This document shows positions 49,654 through 63,317 of a DNA stretch of 64,000 nt, piece by piece. Every line of letters begins with the position of its first letter. Positions within the stretch are counted from its first letter, which is position 1. The DNA is from Hypanus sabinus (taxonomy: Eukaryota): assembly GCF_030144855.1 (NCBI RefSeq), contig NC_082717.1, positions 110,484,001 to 110,548,000 of the forward strand. Direction: 5' to 3'. The notes under the pieces are model-generated. The model saw only the letters and a list, made by a program, of their open reading frames with translations, was not told where the DNA came from and ran no database searches. Position numbers and translations under genes: made by a program.

Positions 49654-50045
49654 TGTCATGTTCCCGTTTGGCAATCCCCCATCTTGCCATTATCTCCTTG
49701 ATTGTGCCTTAATTCCTGTTGTCTGACTCCCAATTGTTGCTTGTTCCTTTAATTACTGCACACCTGGTTCCCTCCAGATAATGCAGTATAAGATTCCTGG
49801 CGTCACAGTCATGGGCCGCCAATTCGTTGGCCGATTCTAAAGTTTGTAAACCTCGTTTCCTGATCCCTTAGGACTCTCAGTTATAAGCTCCGCACCATTT
49901 CCTGGATAGTCAACATAAACCTTGTCTTCGAGTAAATAAACACCTGGGTATCTGTTCCACTTCGCGACTGTGCTAGTGCCTCTCGACCCTGCCTCCGTGC
50001 CTGCGTCCTGCACGTGGGTTCGTCGTCAGTCACGCCCTTATAACG
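49654..50045 (+). mobile_element. Solo LTR (392 bp)
   Basis: TGTCAT...ATAACG termini, perfect TSD atagg (49649-49653 and 50046-50050), TATAA near 49787, and AATAAA at 49935-49940. Confidence 0.8.
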
Positions 50046-52277
50046 ATAGGAACATCACAGACCACATAGTGTTATCAGTGCTTATTCTGACACACTACTC
50101 ACAACATGGTCAATGTCACTTCCTTCCACCAATGCTGCAATGTTATTATCCCATCTCATTCGGTCCCACGAACTCTCACACAAAGAATGTCACTGCTTAT
50201 TCAGAACCATCTTCAAATATACTGGTAAATTCTTTGCCTGGTCGACCTCATGATGGACACAGCGAAAACAGATGTATGACCATAAAACCATATCAATACC
50301 CACTTTGTAAAAAATGCTCGTCAGCACAATAACACTATCAGTGATGATGCCCTGCAATCAATCATCACATTTTTGCTGGATGTATCAGAACATTTTGGTT
50401 ATTATAGGTATTTATTTGTCTATGCCCGCTCCCTTGCAGCAAATAAAATTTCAATCCACAAATTACAGACTTCAGAATAAATGCCTCAAATATGTAATCA
50501 TTAATGGTATTTATAGTACCCTGCACAACAGGAGATGGCTACGTGATGTGGACAGAATCTCCGTGCAACTTATCGTTCAGAGGGGAGAGTTGTACGGACA
50601 ATGTACGAACGAGTGACCGAAATATCAGTGGACATAAAGACATTCAACCTCGGCTTTTGCTGGGGTTTTTTTCGACCTCATATCAGGTGTGACACAACGA
50701 ATAAGGATAAATACTCACTCATTTTTCTATCATCAGTTTGGGTCGTGTTTATATATCGAGGCACCGGCGCATTTTTATTTTCGTATGTCTAAATGAAATT
50801 CGGCGTTATTTATTTGCAAGTCATGTTACGTTCTTATATTTAACCAGCCCGCACGAAAACAAAAATTCAGACATTGTTCAGTGGGTTCTCTGATAAATAA
50901 CCTTTACACGGCCGATATAATTTCCTCTGATGTCTCAAGCCAGGAATAATAGAGTGAACATAATTGTTAAAATACGGTGTATAAATGTAAATATATGTTA
51001 GGCACACTTAACCTTTGAAAACAATCTGCTGTATGTTGCGAATAAATGTGTATATTTTTGTTGTTTCAAACAGGCGGTGTAGAACAACGAGAGAAAATTA
51101 TTGCATGCCACTAACTAGATGAATTACAATCAAGATGAGATGTAGTTAACCCGTTATTGTTCTGCACTTGCATAATTGCGAGAAATGCTCAGTTATATGT
51201 TTTTGTACAACAAAATTGAGACAGTTTTAGAAAGACTTTAAAATAATTTGTAAATATTGCTCGAATGACATAAACATGCAAGGAACACAATAAAGAGGTG
51301 TCTGCAGGAAGTTGAGTAACCTGAAACACATTTGGATGAATATGCACAAGCTTTATAATGTATATGAAAAGCTTTATATTGTACAACTGAACTCTAATGC
51401 GGTTTCGTGTCATGAAGAATATTTTAATTGCTGCATTTCCAGAACAGTTACTGCTCACACACTGACAATGGTATTGCTGACTATGATGATGACGACATTG
51501 GTAATCCAGGCTCATCACTGATCAGACTAATAATACTGTTGTCTCTGCGGACTTACCAGTGAGAATGATTTAATAATAGACATTGATGTAAGGTGACGAG
51601 AGAGAATTGATAGGAAGCGTAGGGACCACTTTTGACCAGTGATGTGAGTAATTGTATAAGACGAGCTGCCCGAGGATGTGTTTCATTCAAACTGCAATCG
51701 TACAGTTGATGGATAGGAATGCTTTAACGGGTTGAGGTCCAAAAGGGAGCAAATGAGGATAGCTTAGATGGAACGAGCAGCTTGGGCAGCTGTTCCTACA
51801 TCCGTTTGCTGGGACTAATTACTTTAAGAACTGAAACATTAATAGCCTCTGCAATTCTGTGTATGAGTTGAACTTTGTTTCCGATTTCAGTCACTTGTGG
51901 AAGTTGGATTTCTGTGAACTTTGACGGAGGGCAAATTATGCAAAAGGACAACGTTTAGAAATGATGGAATTTTGCTTGTCAAGGTCAGTTCGAAGAACAG
52001 GACTGATGTATCTGGATAAAACCTGTCCTCTCACTCTGTTTTGTTGCATCTAAGGGAGCAGCATCAGTTGCCATACTCTGGAGCTTTTTGTACAGTTGTG
52101 CTGCTGCTGCTGCTGCTGCAAGAACCGATCCATTTATTTTTCCTTTCTGATTCAAGGGGTGTATGTATTTACTATGAAACTACGCACTGTGGATGTGTTG
52201 ACGTCCGAAAATGTACAAAATTACCGGGATGATATGCAATCTACTTATCAACCATTTGAAGTAAATTAGGGAAAGAT

Positions 52278-55200
52278 GTTGTTGTTCGTCTTTCGGAGTT
52301 GAAGACGACCACGACTTCTGTCAGGTGGAGGGTTTGTGACTGTGGGTCCGGAGCTGACTGGTGAGGCCAATTCGGGCCCTGAATGCTCGCCCACATGTGG
52401 GACACATGAGGATAGGTGCTGCGGTGGAAGTGGAGGTAGCTCGAGCCCTGAGTGCGGCGCGTTTCCTCTGAGCCTCTGATTTCTGCTGCATACGCTCCTT
52501 TAGTGATCCTGCTCCACCAGGTTGGGCGGTCCAGAGCAAGCGACTCCCAGCTACTGGGACTGATGTTGAGATCTTTGAGGGACACTTTGAGGCAGTCTTT
52601 GAAACGTTTCTTCTGCCCCGCCCCCAACTGAGCACTTGCCCTGGCTCAGCTCTCCATACAGCAGCTGTTTTGGTAGTCGACTGTCAGTCATCCTGACGAC
52701 ATGGCCAGCCCATCTTGCATGGGCTTTCTGTAGGAGAGTGTGGACGCTGTGGGTGCTAGCCCGCACCAGGACCTCCGTGTATGGGACTTTGTCCTGCCAT
52801 CGAACGTGGAGAAGTCTGCGGAGGCAGCTCAAGTGGAAGTGGTTGAGCTGTTTAGCGTGTCTGCTGACGACAGTCCAGGTCTCGTTGGCAAAGAGAAGGG
52901 TGGTGAGAACCACTGCTGGGTATACCTTCAGCTTGGTGGTAAGGCTGAGTCCACTTCGTTCCCATACATTTTCACGGAGTCTCCCAAAGGCGGCACCGGC
53001 TTTGGCAACTCTGTTGCTGATTTCTGCATCTATGTTCACCGCTCGTGATAGAGTACTGCCCAGATAAGTAAAGCTGTCAACTGCCAGTAGCTTCTGCCCC
53101 TTTACTGTGATGTGTGGTTCCTGGTAGGGTTTCCGGGTGCGGGCTGGTACATAACTTAGGTCTTTTTGTTGCTGATTGTAAGTCCAATGTTGTCACAGGC
53201 TCGTGAGAAGCAGTCCATTTGTCGCTGCATCTTCTGCTCTGTGCTGGCGTTGAGGGAGCAATCATCAGCGAATAAGAGGTCTCTGACGACGGTCTCTTCT
53301 ACCTGTAGACGCCGGTGGTTGAATAGCCCACCGCCAGTCGTTAATCTGGCGTGTATACCATCATGGCAATCGCGGAAGGCATCATTCAGCATAGCAGAGA
53401 AGACCATGCTAAAGAGTGTTGGGGTGAGAACGCATCCTTGGTTCACACCTTTCGTCACTGGGAAGGCTTCTGACTCGTCAATATCATCCAAAACTTTCAC
53501 CATCATGCCATCATGGAATTGCCGAACAATCGTGATGAACCTGCTAGTGCAGCCAAACTTCTCCATTATCTGACCGTATCGAATGCCTTGGTCAGATCGA
53601 TGAAGGTCGTAAAGAGGTCGCTGTGCTGCTTTTGACATTTTTACTGGAGTTTGCGTGCAGCAAATATCATGTCGATAGTTCCACCCTCTGCACGGAAGCC
53701 ACACTGTCTTTCTGGGAGGAGACCTTGCTCAAGGTGTTGGAGGAGGCGATTAAGCAGGACACGAGCCAAGATCTTCCCAGCTATGGACAGGAGGGAGATG
53801 CCTCGGTGAACGTCAGAAGACTGGCGGTTGCCTTCCCTCTTGTAGATGTGGACTATGCAGGCATCTTTCAACTGTTGCGGGACCATTCCTTCTTTCCACA
53901 TAGACTGAAAGAGCTCAGACAGCCTCTGCATCATGAATGGGCCTCCTGCTTTGAAGACTACAGCAGGGATTACATCTGATCCTGGTGCTTTGCTACAGGA
54001 AAGTTGCCTGATGGCTTTTCTGACATCTTATTCTGTGGGGTGGTTGTCAAGGACCAGGTTAATCTCCACCAGAGGTAGGCGAGCAATGGCCTCATCATTG
54101 ATTTCGGCAGGGCGGTTGAGGACCTGGTTGAAGTGTTCAGCCCATCTCTCCAAAATCTGCTTTTTCTCTGTCAGCAGCCGAGTCCCATCTGCACTGAGGA
54201 GGGGGGAGGAGCCAGAGGACTGAGGTCCATATATAACCTTCAAAGCGTCGTAGAAACTTTTGGTGTCGTGACTGTCTGCGTAACCCTGGATCTCAGCGGA
54301 CTTATTGCTGAACCAGACATCCTGCATCTCACGGAGTTTCTTCTGCACTTTCCGTCTTGCACTGGTGAAGGCATCTATCTTTGCTTGTGATGTGGGATTG
54401 TTCTGGTGAGCTCTGAACAGTTAGTGTTTCTCTGACAACAGTGCCTGTATCTCTTCGTTGTTCTCATTGAACCAGTATTGATGTCTATGGATTGCTGGTC
54501 CGAGGTGTTCGAGAGCGAACACATCTCTGAAAGCCGTCCACTGTTCTTCAATGCTGGTGTGGTCATCCTGGGGTGTGTCAAGCAGTCTGCTATCTAGGTA
54601 TTCACGAAAATCTTCTGCAACTACGCTGCCCTTCAGCTTGGAGACACTAAGCCTCTTTGCAGTCTTCTGACCTTGGGGTCTTCTCACAGGCAGGATGCGA
54701 AGTTTAAACTTGGGCACTATGAGTCAATGATCCGTCCAGCAGTCGGTACCACACATGGCCTTTGTCACTCTCACGTCTTGCCAGTTCCTCTTTCTGGTGA
54801 TGACATAGTCGATCAGATGCCAGTACCTAGAGCGTGGATGTATCCAAGATGTCTTGTTACGGGTCGGGAGGAGGAATAGGGTATTGGTGATGACAAGGTC
54901 ATGCGTAGCGCATGTCTTGAGGAGCAGCAGGCCATTGCTGTTACACTTGCCAATACCACGTCTTCCAAGAATCACTTCCCAGGCCTGGTAGTCTGTTACC
55001 TCTCTGGCATTAAAGTCCCCGAGGACAATAAGCTTCTCTGACTGTGGGACTGCTGCTAGGAGGGCGTCAATTCCATCATAGAACTTATCTTTGATGTCAT
55101 CTGGGTTGGTCATTGTTGGGGCATATGCGCTGATCAGCGTTGCACTCCTCTTATTGCCAAGTGGGAGCAGAAGCGTCAGCAGGCGATTGTTGATGCCCTC

Positions 55201-56318
55201 TGGAAGCTTGGCAAGTTTACGCGCGAGATGGGATCGGATGGCAAATCCAACGCCAGCCTCTCGTCGTTCAGTGCTGCTGCGACCGCTCCAGAAGAAGATG
55301 TACCCATCACCACGTTCTTTAAGCTGGCCCTTGTCTGCTAGGCGTGTTTCGCTGAGTGCTGCAATGTCCATGTTATAGCAGGCTAGCTCTTTGGCGACCA
55401 GTGTTGTTCTTCTTTCTGGTCTGACAGCCTTGGTGATGTCAAGCAGAGTTCGCACTTTCCACGTACTAAGGTTGAGCACCTTCACTTTCGTCTTCTTTGT
55501 AGTTCGATCGCTGAGTGGGATCCCCGCCAGCAGCGGTGTGCTGGCCAGGGTAAGATGGAGCAGGCTATTTTTGAGGCACCTTTTCTAGCCCTTTGGAGGT
55601 GTGCAGAGCGATTCCTAAAGAGGACTGCTCAGGCACTCGGGGGCTGCCGAGCTCCACAGCTGCTTCATTCCACCGGAGAACGACCCAATGCCCTGGGCCG
55701 CCTATGTGCAGGTTTGTGACTACAGCTTCCAGTGTATCCACACCTGTTGCTTCACCACTCGCCCATCGCCACAGGACTTGAAGTTTTTAAGCGGAATGAG
55801 TTTGGAGTCGTGACTTGCGCTTGACTTGGATTAAAGTGAGGGAGAGTTGCGCAAATCGTCAGCCTCACTCTCTCGTCCGAACCTATCTGTATCCGGTTGC
55901 AAGACGAAGTCGAGACGGCTGGAGATAAGTCGGGATGCAGTGGATGGCCAGCAGTGTTCTACGTGTCTCATTGTGCCCTGATTGTGCTCCACAACGCTTT
56001 GCTGTGTCCGCCTTTCTACTCGTTGGACCACCAAGTGATGGTCTTCTCCGCCTAGTCCGCCGAATTCAGTCTTCGCATGCGTAGGTAGACAAGCCCGAAC
56101 TCACCAAGGGTTTGAGGCCCATCGGCTACCCTCACCAGGTTTTGCCGGCCAGTCGAATCCATTGCCCGGGGTGTGGCCGCTGTTGCTTGCAAACAGCTAC
56201 AAGGAACCATTGGTGAGAGCTGAGTGTCAGATGACGACCAATGCGGACGAACTGCTCGGAAGAGAACGACGTGTTCCCTGTCAGAGATACTACATCTCCT
56301 TGACACCCCCTACACCAC
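52278..56318 (-). mobile_element. End-to-end RTE-clade LINE (4041 bp) with a disrupted ORF
   Basis: Perfect 15-bp TSD aaattagggaaagat (52263-52277 and 56319-56333); (CAA)3 tail; ~830-bp 5' UTR; APE domain (WKVRTL, LSETR, YAPT, LGDFNAR, TDH); RT (QGCVLTP, LLFADD); C-terminal CPTC..H motif; several frameshifts and stops. Confidence 0.95.
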
Positions 56319-56793
56319 AAATTAGGGAAAGATAGATTGTAAAGAATACCTATGGACCTTTCAGTGTTCTGATGCATTCGATATTGCATGGAAAACACTT
56401 GAAGAAAGCTTAACAAGCCAAAGCACATTTATGCTAACATCACTTTGTCTTCCTGCCACCAGTTTTCGTTACCAACCTTTAGCCATAACAGGCGAATACA
56501 AATCTGATTTTTGACAAATTTGCTATTTGCTTTAAAGCTGGTAACAGAAAAAAACGACCTACTGCATTCTTCCTTCTATGCTAAATGAGATCCTGTCTGC
56601 CACGATATGCTTTCATGCATGTTCTGATACGTTTAGTGTGTAATTCAAAAATATCTAATGACAGGAGCATATATCCACACGGATTGTGCTCAACTATTGT
56701 TCAAATAATGTCTAAACATTTCATATCATTTCACATAATATAATTAACGTCAGTTCAAGGGTGGCTGTAATATCACCGGAGATGTCACCTCTA

Positions 56794-57275
56794 TGTAACG
56801 TGCTTGCCGTTCAATCTGTCAGGAAATGCAGAGGAGGCCTGGGTCAAAATCAGAGCGGCGGAGCGGATTCAGCGGGGAACGATAACTTCCATAACAGATC
56901 GAAAAATATAAAGCAGAATATCACTAAAAGCCACAAAGCAAGGGATACGGGAAATTAGGCGCCATCTGCAACAAGGTAAACGTTATGCAGGTCGAGTGAA
57001 AGCCAGAATCTACTGGTTGAGGCCGACTTGTTCATTGAGTGCACAAGGATGGCGGTTGAGAACAGGGTTTAAATAGCCTGCAGATCATGTGTATGGAGCG
57101 AACGGCAGGTGAGGTGGAGACAAGGATATGTCAACGTGTGCAGGACTGATAGACAACCCACCATCACCACCCTCCACGGCTGGTCCCCGACAGCCTTAGC
57201 CGATCCAGATGGTTCCGGTAGAACTCAATGGTGAACGATTTATCCAAAATGCTGCTGTGAACCAAGAGGTAACGG
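56794..57275 (-). mobile_element. Gypsy (chromovirus-like) 3' end: chromodomain tail, purine-rich tract and LTR
   Basis: Minus strand ...ILDKSFTIEFYRNHLDRLRLSGTSRGG resembles the ILDPxLIxxFHRxHPD end of chromodomain integrases. It is followed by a G-rich tract and a ~360-bp TG...CA segment (57155-56794). Confidence 0.55.
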
Positions 57276-60232
57276 GTTTGACAAGTGAGACAGAAGACAC
57301 TGATTATGAAAAGCTCATTAATCATTTACTTACCAAAAGCAAGACTTCTGACAATCTCTGCAGCAGAAAGACAGTTCCTCATTTCCTTGGAGAACGTCCT
57401 TTATCTGTTTGTATTTCAACCTCTGCCAATAATTGGGGATGTTTCATGGGATTCTGAATTTGATCTGGATGTTATGTGCTTTGCAGCATTTCCCGCGATC
57501 ACACGACTAAAACTTATCTTTGATCGTTTTGTGAATTTGTTTTAATACTTTTGTATATAGGATGAAGTTTGATCTGTTAGTTCTCCGGAAATCGCAAAAA
57601 GGATTCCGTATTACAGGAATGTGAATTCTCGTGACCTGGAGATTGTATGCAGAAACCAATCTAAAATATTGCTCTTCAGTCTATCGGACACCTTCATGTC
57701 ACTCAATTCGACAGCATCTGGGAATCATTTTATCCCCTTTTTCGCCATTTTTCAGCTCCCTACCATTATTCCCCCGCAGATAACATTGTACAAATCGGAA
57801 ATCTGCTCACGCATATCATTTCCTGTGTAAACATCGGTGTTTAAGCAGTTACCCACATTAAGTTCAGAGAGGAGCCAAAGACTTGATAATATCTCCTTTC
57901 AGGATTATTCTGGCATTGACCAATAAAAATATATTTCAATTCAAGTCGCCGTGTCTTCGGAAGTGTTCGGCCCCATTTCATGCCCGCTCTTAGAACTTGC
58001 ACCGTTCTATCAGGAATCCCGATTGTTATTGAGAAAAAGAACGAGTCACATCAAAACAAGGAGATTACTATCCTCCTGGCCTATTGAATAACCTATTGTC
58101 TGTATCGAGTGATTATACTTAGTTTAATGAATAAGGAAAATCTTTTCTATGAGCAGAATCGAAAAGAAGTGAATGCTAGGGCAAATCTTTTATCGGCAGC
58201 ACCGCGGATCATTGTCAGAAACTGAAGTCAGATATAAGAAGAGTCTGGGTAGATGTGTGTTTTACCTATATTTCTTGGGAAACAACAGCATTTAACAGTC
58301 AATTGCTCCACAATTAGGGTTACAGACATCCAGGGAAACTGAAGCATACACCAAAGAAAGACAGACAGTACAGCATTTGGAACCAGAAAGCTTCCCCCTT
58401 TTCGCCCTTCACAAGCACAAGCGGTAGCAAAGCATTGACCGCCCTCTCCACCACTTATTGTAGCAAAACGTAACGGCACCCTCCACCTACCAGCAAAGCA
58501 ATAGCGAAGCCCCAGGGGAAAGAATAACATGCTCTACGGGAAAATAAAAACACTAATGTTAAAAAAGGATAATTCAACATAGCACAGGCTTTCTCTCCCT
58601 CTTTCACATACACGCACAATCTCTGTCTCTATTCTCCGTCTATTTGCATTACCTCCACGATTCTGCTTAGCACGGGTGTCTACACTACGCCTCATCAAAA
58701 TTGAAAAAAAAACAATTTTCCTGGGACAATATCTGTCTAACGTGCAAATCGGAGCAGAAATTTATTATCATTAATTTTCTTTTACTGTTTTCTCAACTCA
58801 AGCTGGTAAGTCATGAAGTACGGATAAGCCCAGGTACGCTCAATTTTCAATTGCTAGAAGCAGATTTAAAGCTAGGCAGAACCATAGTGGATTTAGGGAA
58901 TCATCCTGGAAAAGAAGTTTCGGTTCATTCTGATAGCCTTTTTTTTTGGTTGTTACTATTTGCAGTGTCTATGTACACTAATACTTCAACAGATGTCCAA
59001 AAGATTTTATAAATATTGGGTATAGTTTATATATATAACGAACTTCTGTTAACCATGAATGTGGGTGAGAGTCAAAGTCTTCTTTGTGGTGAATGTAGAA
59101 ACACGGAACATTTCTGAATTACCACCGGGCTTAATTTATAATTACGGAATCTATTATCAGTTGTACTTTAGTTGCGAAATGCATGATATTACCATTTTAT
59201 ATATTCAGTCATTTGTAAACAAGTTATATGACAAAATTTTGATGCATCATCTGTGATTTCCCCTTTGGGTAAGAGATATGTTTTACCATATATTGAAATG
59301 TAGTCACTTTTTCAGGATATTTAAGAAAAAAAACATGCATTAATAGGTACAGGTGAAGGCAAGTATATTTTATATCAATATTTATAAATAATATCACTGC
59401 CAGTACTTTTCCACTTCTAGGTATATTTTATAACTTCTTTCAACGTATCCATTGTAACCGGATATGCACATTACTTCAATCCTGTGTGTGCGTTCTGCCT
59501 TTCCGTAATCCTGCTTACTTCTTGATTTTGCGTAACTCTGTTTGAACCTGTTAGACGAAATGTTTATTATCTCTGCGTTTGTTCAGTTTCTATGCTGGGA
59601 ATCCTAAAGTTTCCGTGCATCGAATTCAGTTTCAATATCGTCCCTAAATCTTTGTCATTGTTTTTGAATTGGTAACACAGTTTTCTTCGTCTGGTGCATT
59701 TCATGTTCTATTCCTTTAGTTATGTGTGAACCAAGTTTCGGTTTTAATGTATTACAGTATCCAACATGCTTTTCTTGTGCTAATCTTCTATGGACGTGAA
59801 ATTTGTTTAGTATTTCCATAGCTTTTTCCTTAAATGTCTTGATCGGGTTCCTCTTCTGCCATTTCGGTGTTCTCATTTTATTACATTGTTTTGATTTCCT
59901 GTAAATGAGTATCTCTATTTTGTGGTCATTGTCCTGCTCCCTGTTAGTACTGCACATTAGGTTACTCGGCATCGTTCTTCAAATATGTCAAGCTTTCCCA
60001 TACGTTTTGGTGATATAATGTTATTAAGTGTGTTCAATATTTTTTTGCAAATTACAATGAAGTATTTTTAACATATGTAAGATTTTTTTCTTTGGTCTCG
60101 TGTAGTGTTCAACATTCGGATTATTTTGATTTTTCCTCTGAGCTTCATCTGCATTCGGAGAAGGTTCTTCATATGTATTGTTGCTCTTGGAAGAGTTGTA
60201 CTTCCATCAGTGCTTCGCTGGGTTGCAACTTA

Positions 60233-62393
60233 GAAACATAGAAAACCTACAACACAATACAGGCTCTTCGGCCCACAAAGTTGTGCCGAACATATCCCTT
60301 CTTTACAATTACTAGGCTTACCTTAGAGCCCTCTATTTTACTAAGCTGCATGTATATATCTAAAAGCCTCTTAAATGACCCTATCAAATACACCACCACC
60401 ACCGTTGCCGGCAACCCATTCTATGCACTGACCACTCACTGGCTAAAAAAATACCACTGACATCTCCTCTGTACCTATTCCCCAGAACCTTAAACCTGTG
60501 TCCTCTTGTGGCAACTATTTCAGCTCCGGGGAAAAAACTCTGACTATCCACACGATCAGTGCCTCTCATCATCTTGTACACCTCTCTTCCTCTTTCGCTC
60601 CAAGGAGAAAAGTCTAACTTCACTCGACCTATTCTCAAATGGCATGCTCCCTAATCCAGGCAACGTCCTTGTAAATCTGCTCTGCACACTTTTTATGGCT
60701 TCCACATCCTTCCTGTATTAAGGCGACCAGAACTGAGCGCAGTACTCCACGTGGGTTCTGGCCAAAGTCCTATATAGCTGTAACATTACCTCTCGGCTCC
60801 TAAATTCAATTCCACGATTGATGAAGGCCAGTACACCATACGCCTTCATAACCACAGAGTCAACCTGCGCAGCGGCTTTGAACGTCCTATGGACTCGGAC
60901 CGCAAGATCCCTCTGAACCTCCCAACAGCCAATAGTCTTACCATTAATACTATTTTCTGCCATCAAATTTTACTTAACAAAATGAACCACTTCGCACTTA
61001 TCTGTGTTGAACTCCATCTGCTACTTCTTAGCCCAGTTTTGCATCTTATCAACCTCCTGCTGTAACCTCTGACAGCCCTCCACACTATCCACAACACGTC
61101 CAACCTTTGTGTCATCAGCAAACTTAATAACCCATCCATCCACTTCCTCAGTCAGGTAATTTATAAAAATCACCAAGAGTAATGGCTCCAGAAAAGATCC
61201 CTGAATCACTCTGCTGCTGACAGACCTCCATGCAGAATACGACCTGTCTGCAACCACTGCTTACTTTCTTTGGGCAAGCCAGTTCTGGATTCACAAAGGA
61301 ATGTCCCCTTTTATCCTTGCCTCCAAGCTTTGTATGGGGTTCCTTATCAAATGTCTTGCTGAAATCCATATTAACTACATCTACTGCACTTCCTTTATCT
61401 ATGTGTTTAGTCACATTCTCAAAAAAGTCAGTCAGGCTCGTAAGGCAAGGCTTACCCTTGAAAAGGTATGCTGACTACTCCTATTCATATTATACCTCCC
61501 CAAATGTTCATAAATCCTGCCTCTCATAATCTTCTCCATCAAATTACCAACCACTGAAGTAGGACTCTCTGGTCTATAATTTCCTGGGCTATCTCTACTC
61601 GTTTTCCTGAATAAAGTAACAAAATCCGCAACCCTCCAATCCTCCAGAACATCTCCAGTCCCCATCGATGATGCAAAGGTCATCGCCAGAGGCTCAACAA
61701 TCTCCTTCCTCGCCTCCCAGAGTAGCCTGTGGTACATTTCGTCCGGTCCCGGTGACATGTCCAACTTGATGCTTTCCGAAAGCTCCAGCACATCCTCTTT
61801 CTTAATATCTACATGCGCAAGCTTTTCAGTCTACTGCAAACATCAGTACAATCACTTAGGTCCTATTCCATAGTGAATACTGAAGTAAAGTATTCATTAA
61901 GTAACTCTGCTGTTTCCCTTGGTTAAATGCTTTCCCACTGTCACACTTGATAGGTTCCATTCGTTCACGTATTATCCTCTTGCTCTTCACAAACATGTAG
62001 AATGCTTTGGGGCTTTCTTTAATTCTGTCCCCCAAAGCCATCTCATGGCCCTTTCTTGCTCTCCTCATTTCCTTCTTAATTTCCTTCCTAGTAGCCTGAT
62101 AATCTTCTAGATCTCTAACATAACCTAGCTCTCTGCAGCTTTTGAAAGCTTTTCTTTCCTTCTTGAGTAGATTTATTACAGCCTTTGTACACCAAAGTTC
62201 CGTACACTACCATAACTTCTCTGTCTTATTAGAACGTATCTATACAGAACTCCACACAAATATCCCCTGAACATTTGCCACATTTCTTCCGTACTTTTCC
62301 CTGAGAACACCTGTTTCGAATTTAAGCCTTCATTTTCCTGTCTGATTGCATCATAATTCCACTTACTCCAATTAAACGCTTTTCAAACTTTTA
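60233..62393 (-). mobile_element. CR1 LINE, 5'-truncated
   Basis: DMSPGPD, NYRP, MDFSKTFDK, KFADD, EYCAQFWSP. Flanked by caactta at 60226-60232 and 62394-62400 (possible TSD). Confidence 0.9.
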
Positions 62394-63317
62394 CAACTTA
62401 ATTATTTTCTTGAATATTATTGTTGTTCACTTTAGGTCGGCTTCTTTCTAACTCTTGTACAACTTCATATTTCATCTGGTCTTAACATTGCTAAAGTGAT
62501 TAAGCTACTCTATTTTATTTTTTCTCTACGTTGATGCGATATTCGTTGTGTATTTGCTTGCATGAAGGAATATTGCCCGTTAAACTGTTGATGGAGTCTA
62601 TGCCGCCAATCCACTCTCAAAAGCCATTAAAGCTGTCCCATAGAATTCTACAAATTCTCTCTCTTTAGTTTCATTACATAACTAGCTTTCCCACTCCACA
62701 ATCATGTTAAAATCCCCAAAGATTATCATGACATTGCCTTTCTGACACGCCTTTTCTATCTCCTGCTGTAATTTATAAACCACATCCCAGTTGAGGTTTG
62801 GAGGCTTGTATAAACCTACAATTCGGGTCCTTTTCCGCTTGTCATTTCTTAACTGAACCCCTCGAGGTACAGATCTTCCAACCTTGTGTAATCGCTTTCT
62901 AATAATTTAATATAATCTTTTAGGCACAGAGCCACATTACTCCTTCTGCCTACTAACCAATATTTCTGATACACTGCATATCCTTGGACGTTCTGCTCCC
63001 AATGACAATGTTATACCCTGGGCATTCGTTTGCGTCCGGAATTAACTGCCGGCTTCAAACCTGAATTTTCAAATAGGGCCAACTCAGCGTCAATTAACTG
63101 ACCCCATAAGCCTACCCACGTTAAAATAACATGGCATGTACGACCAGGATCTAAAAAGTTATTTATGATTTTTCTTCACAAATTGCAGTAAAATAATTGA
63201 GTATATTCTTCATTCTTTCTCTTGTTGGTGGGAGCAGGTGTGTTGACGATTCTGGAAACGGAGAAATCGGAAAAAAATGTGACGCAGCAAACTTTAACAC
63301 CGTACATCAGTGAGTTT

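Noticed and set aside
56040-56318. HDV-like ribozyme at the RTE 5' end
   Set aside because: Hairpins are present, but I could not build the nested double pseudoknot by hand.
57290-57960. V2R/CaSR-like or B-box-like pseudo-exon on the minus strand
   Set aside because: A good donor (gtaagt) is present near 57330, but peptide similarities are short and the frames are broken.
59500-60230. 105-aa Lys-rich ORF as a gene
   Set aside because: No recognisable motif. Probably a decayed element interrupted by the CR1 at 60233.
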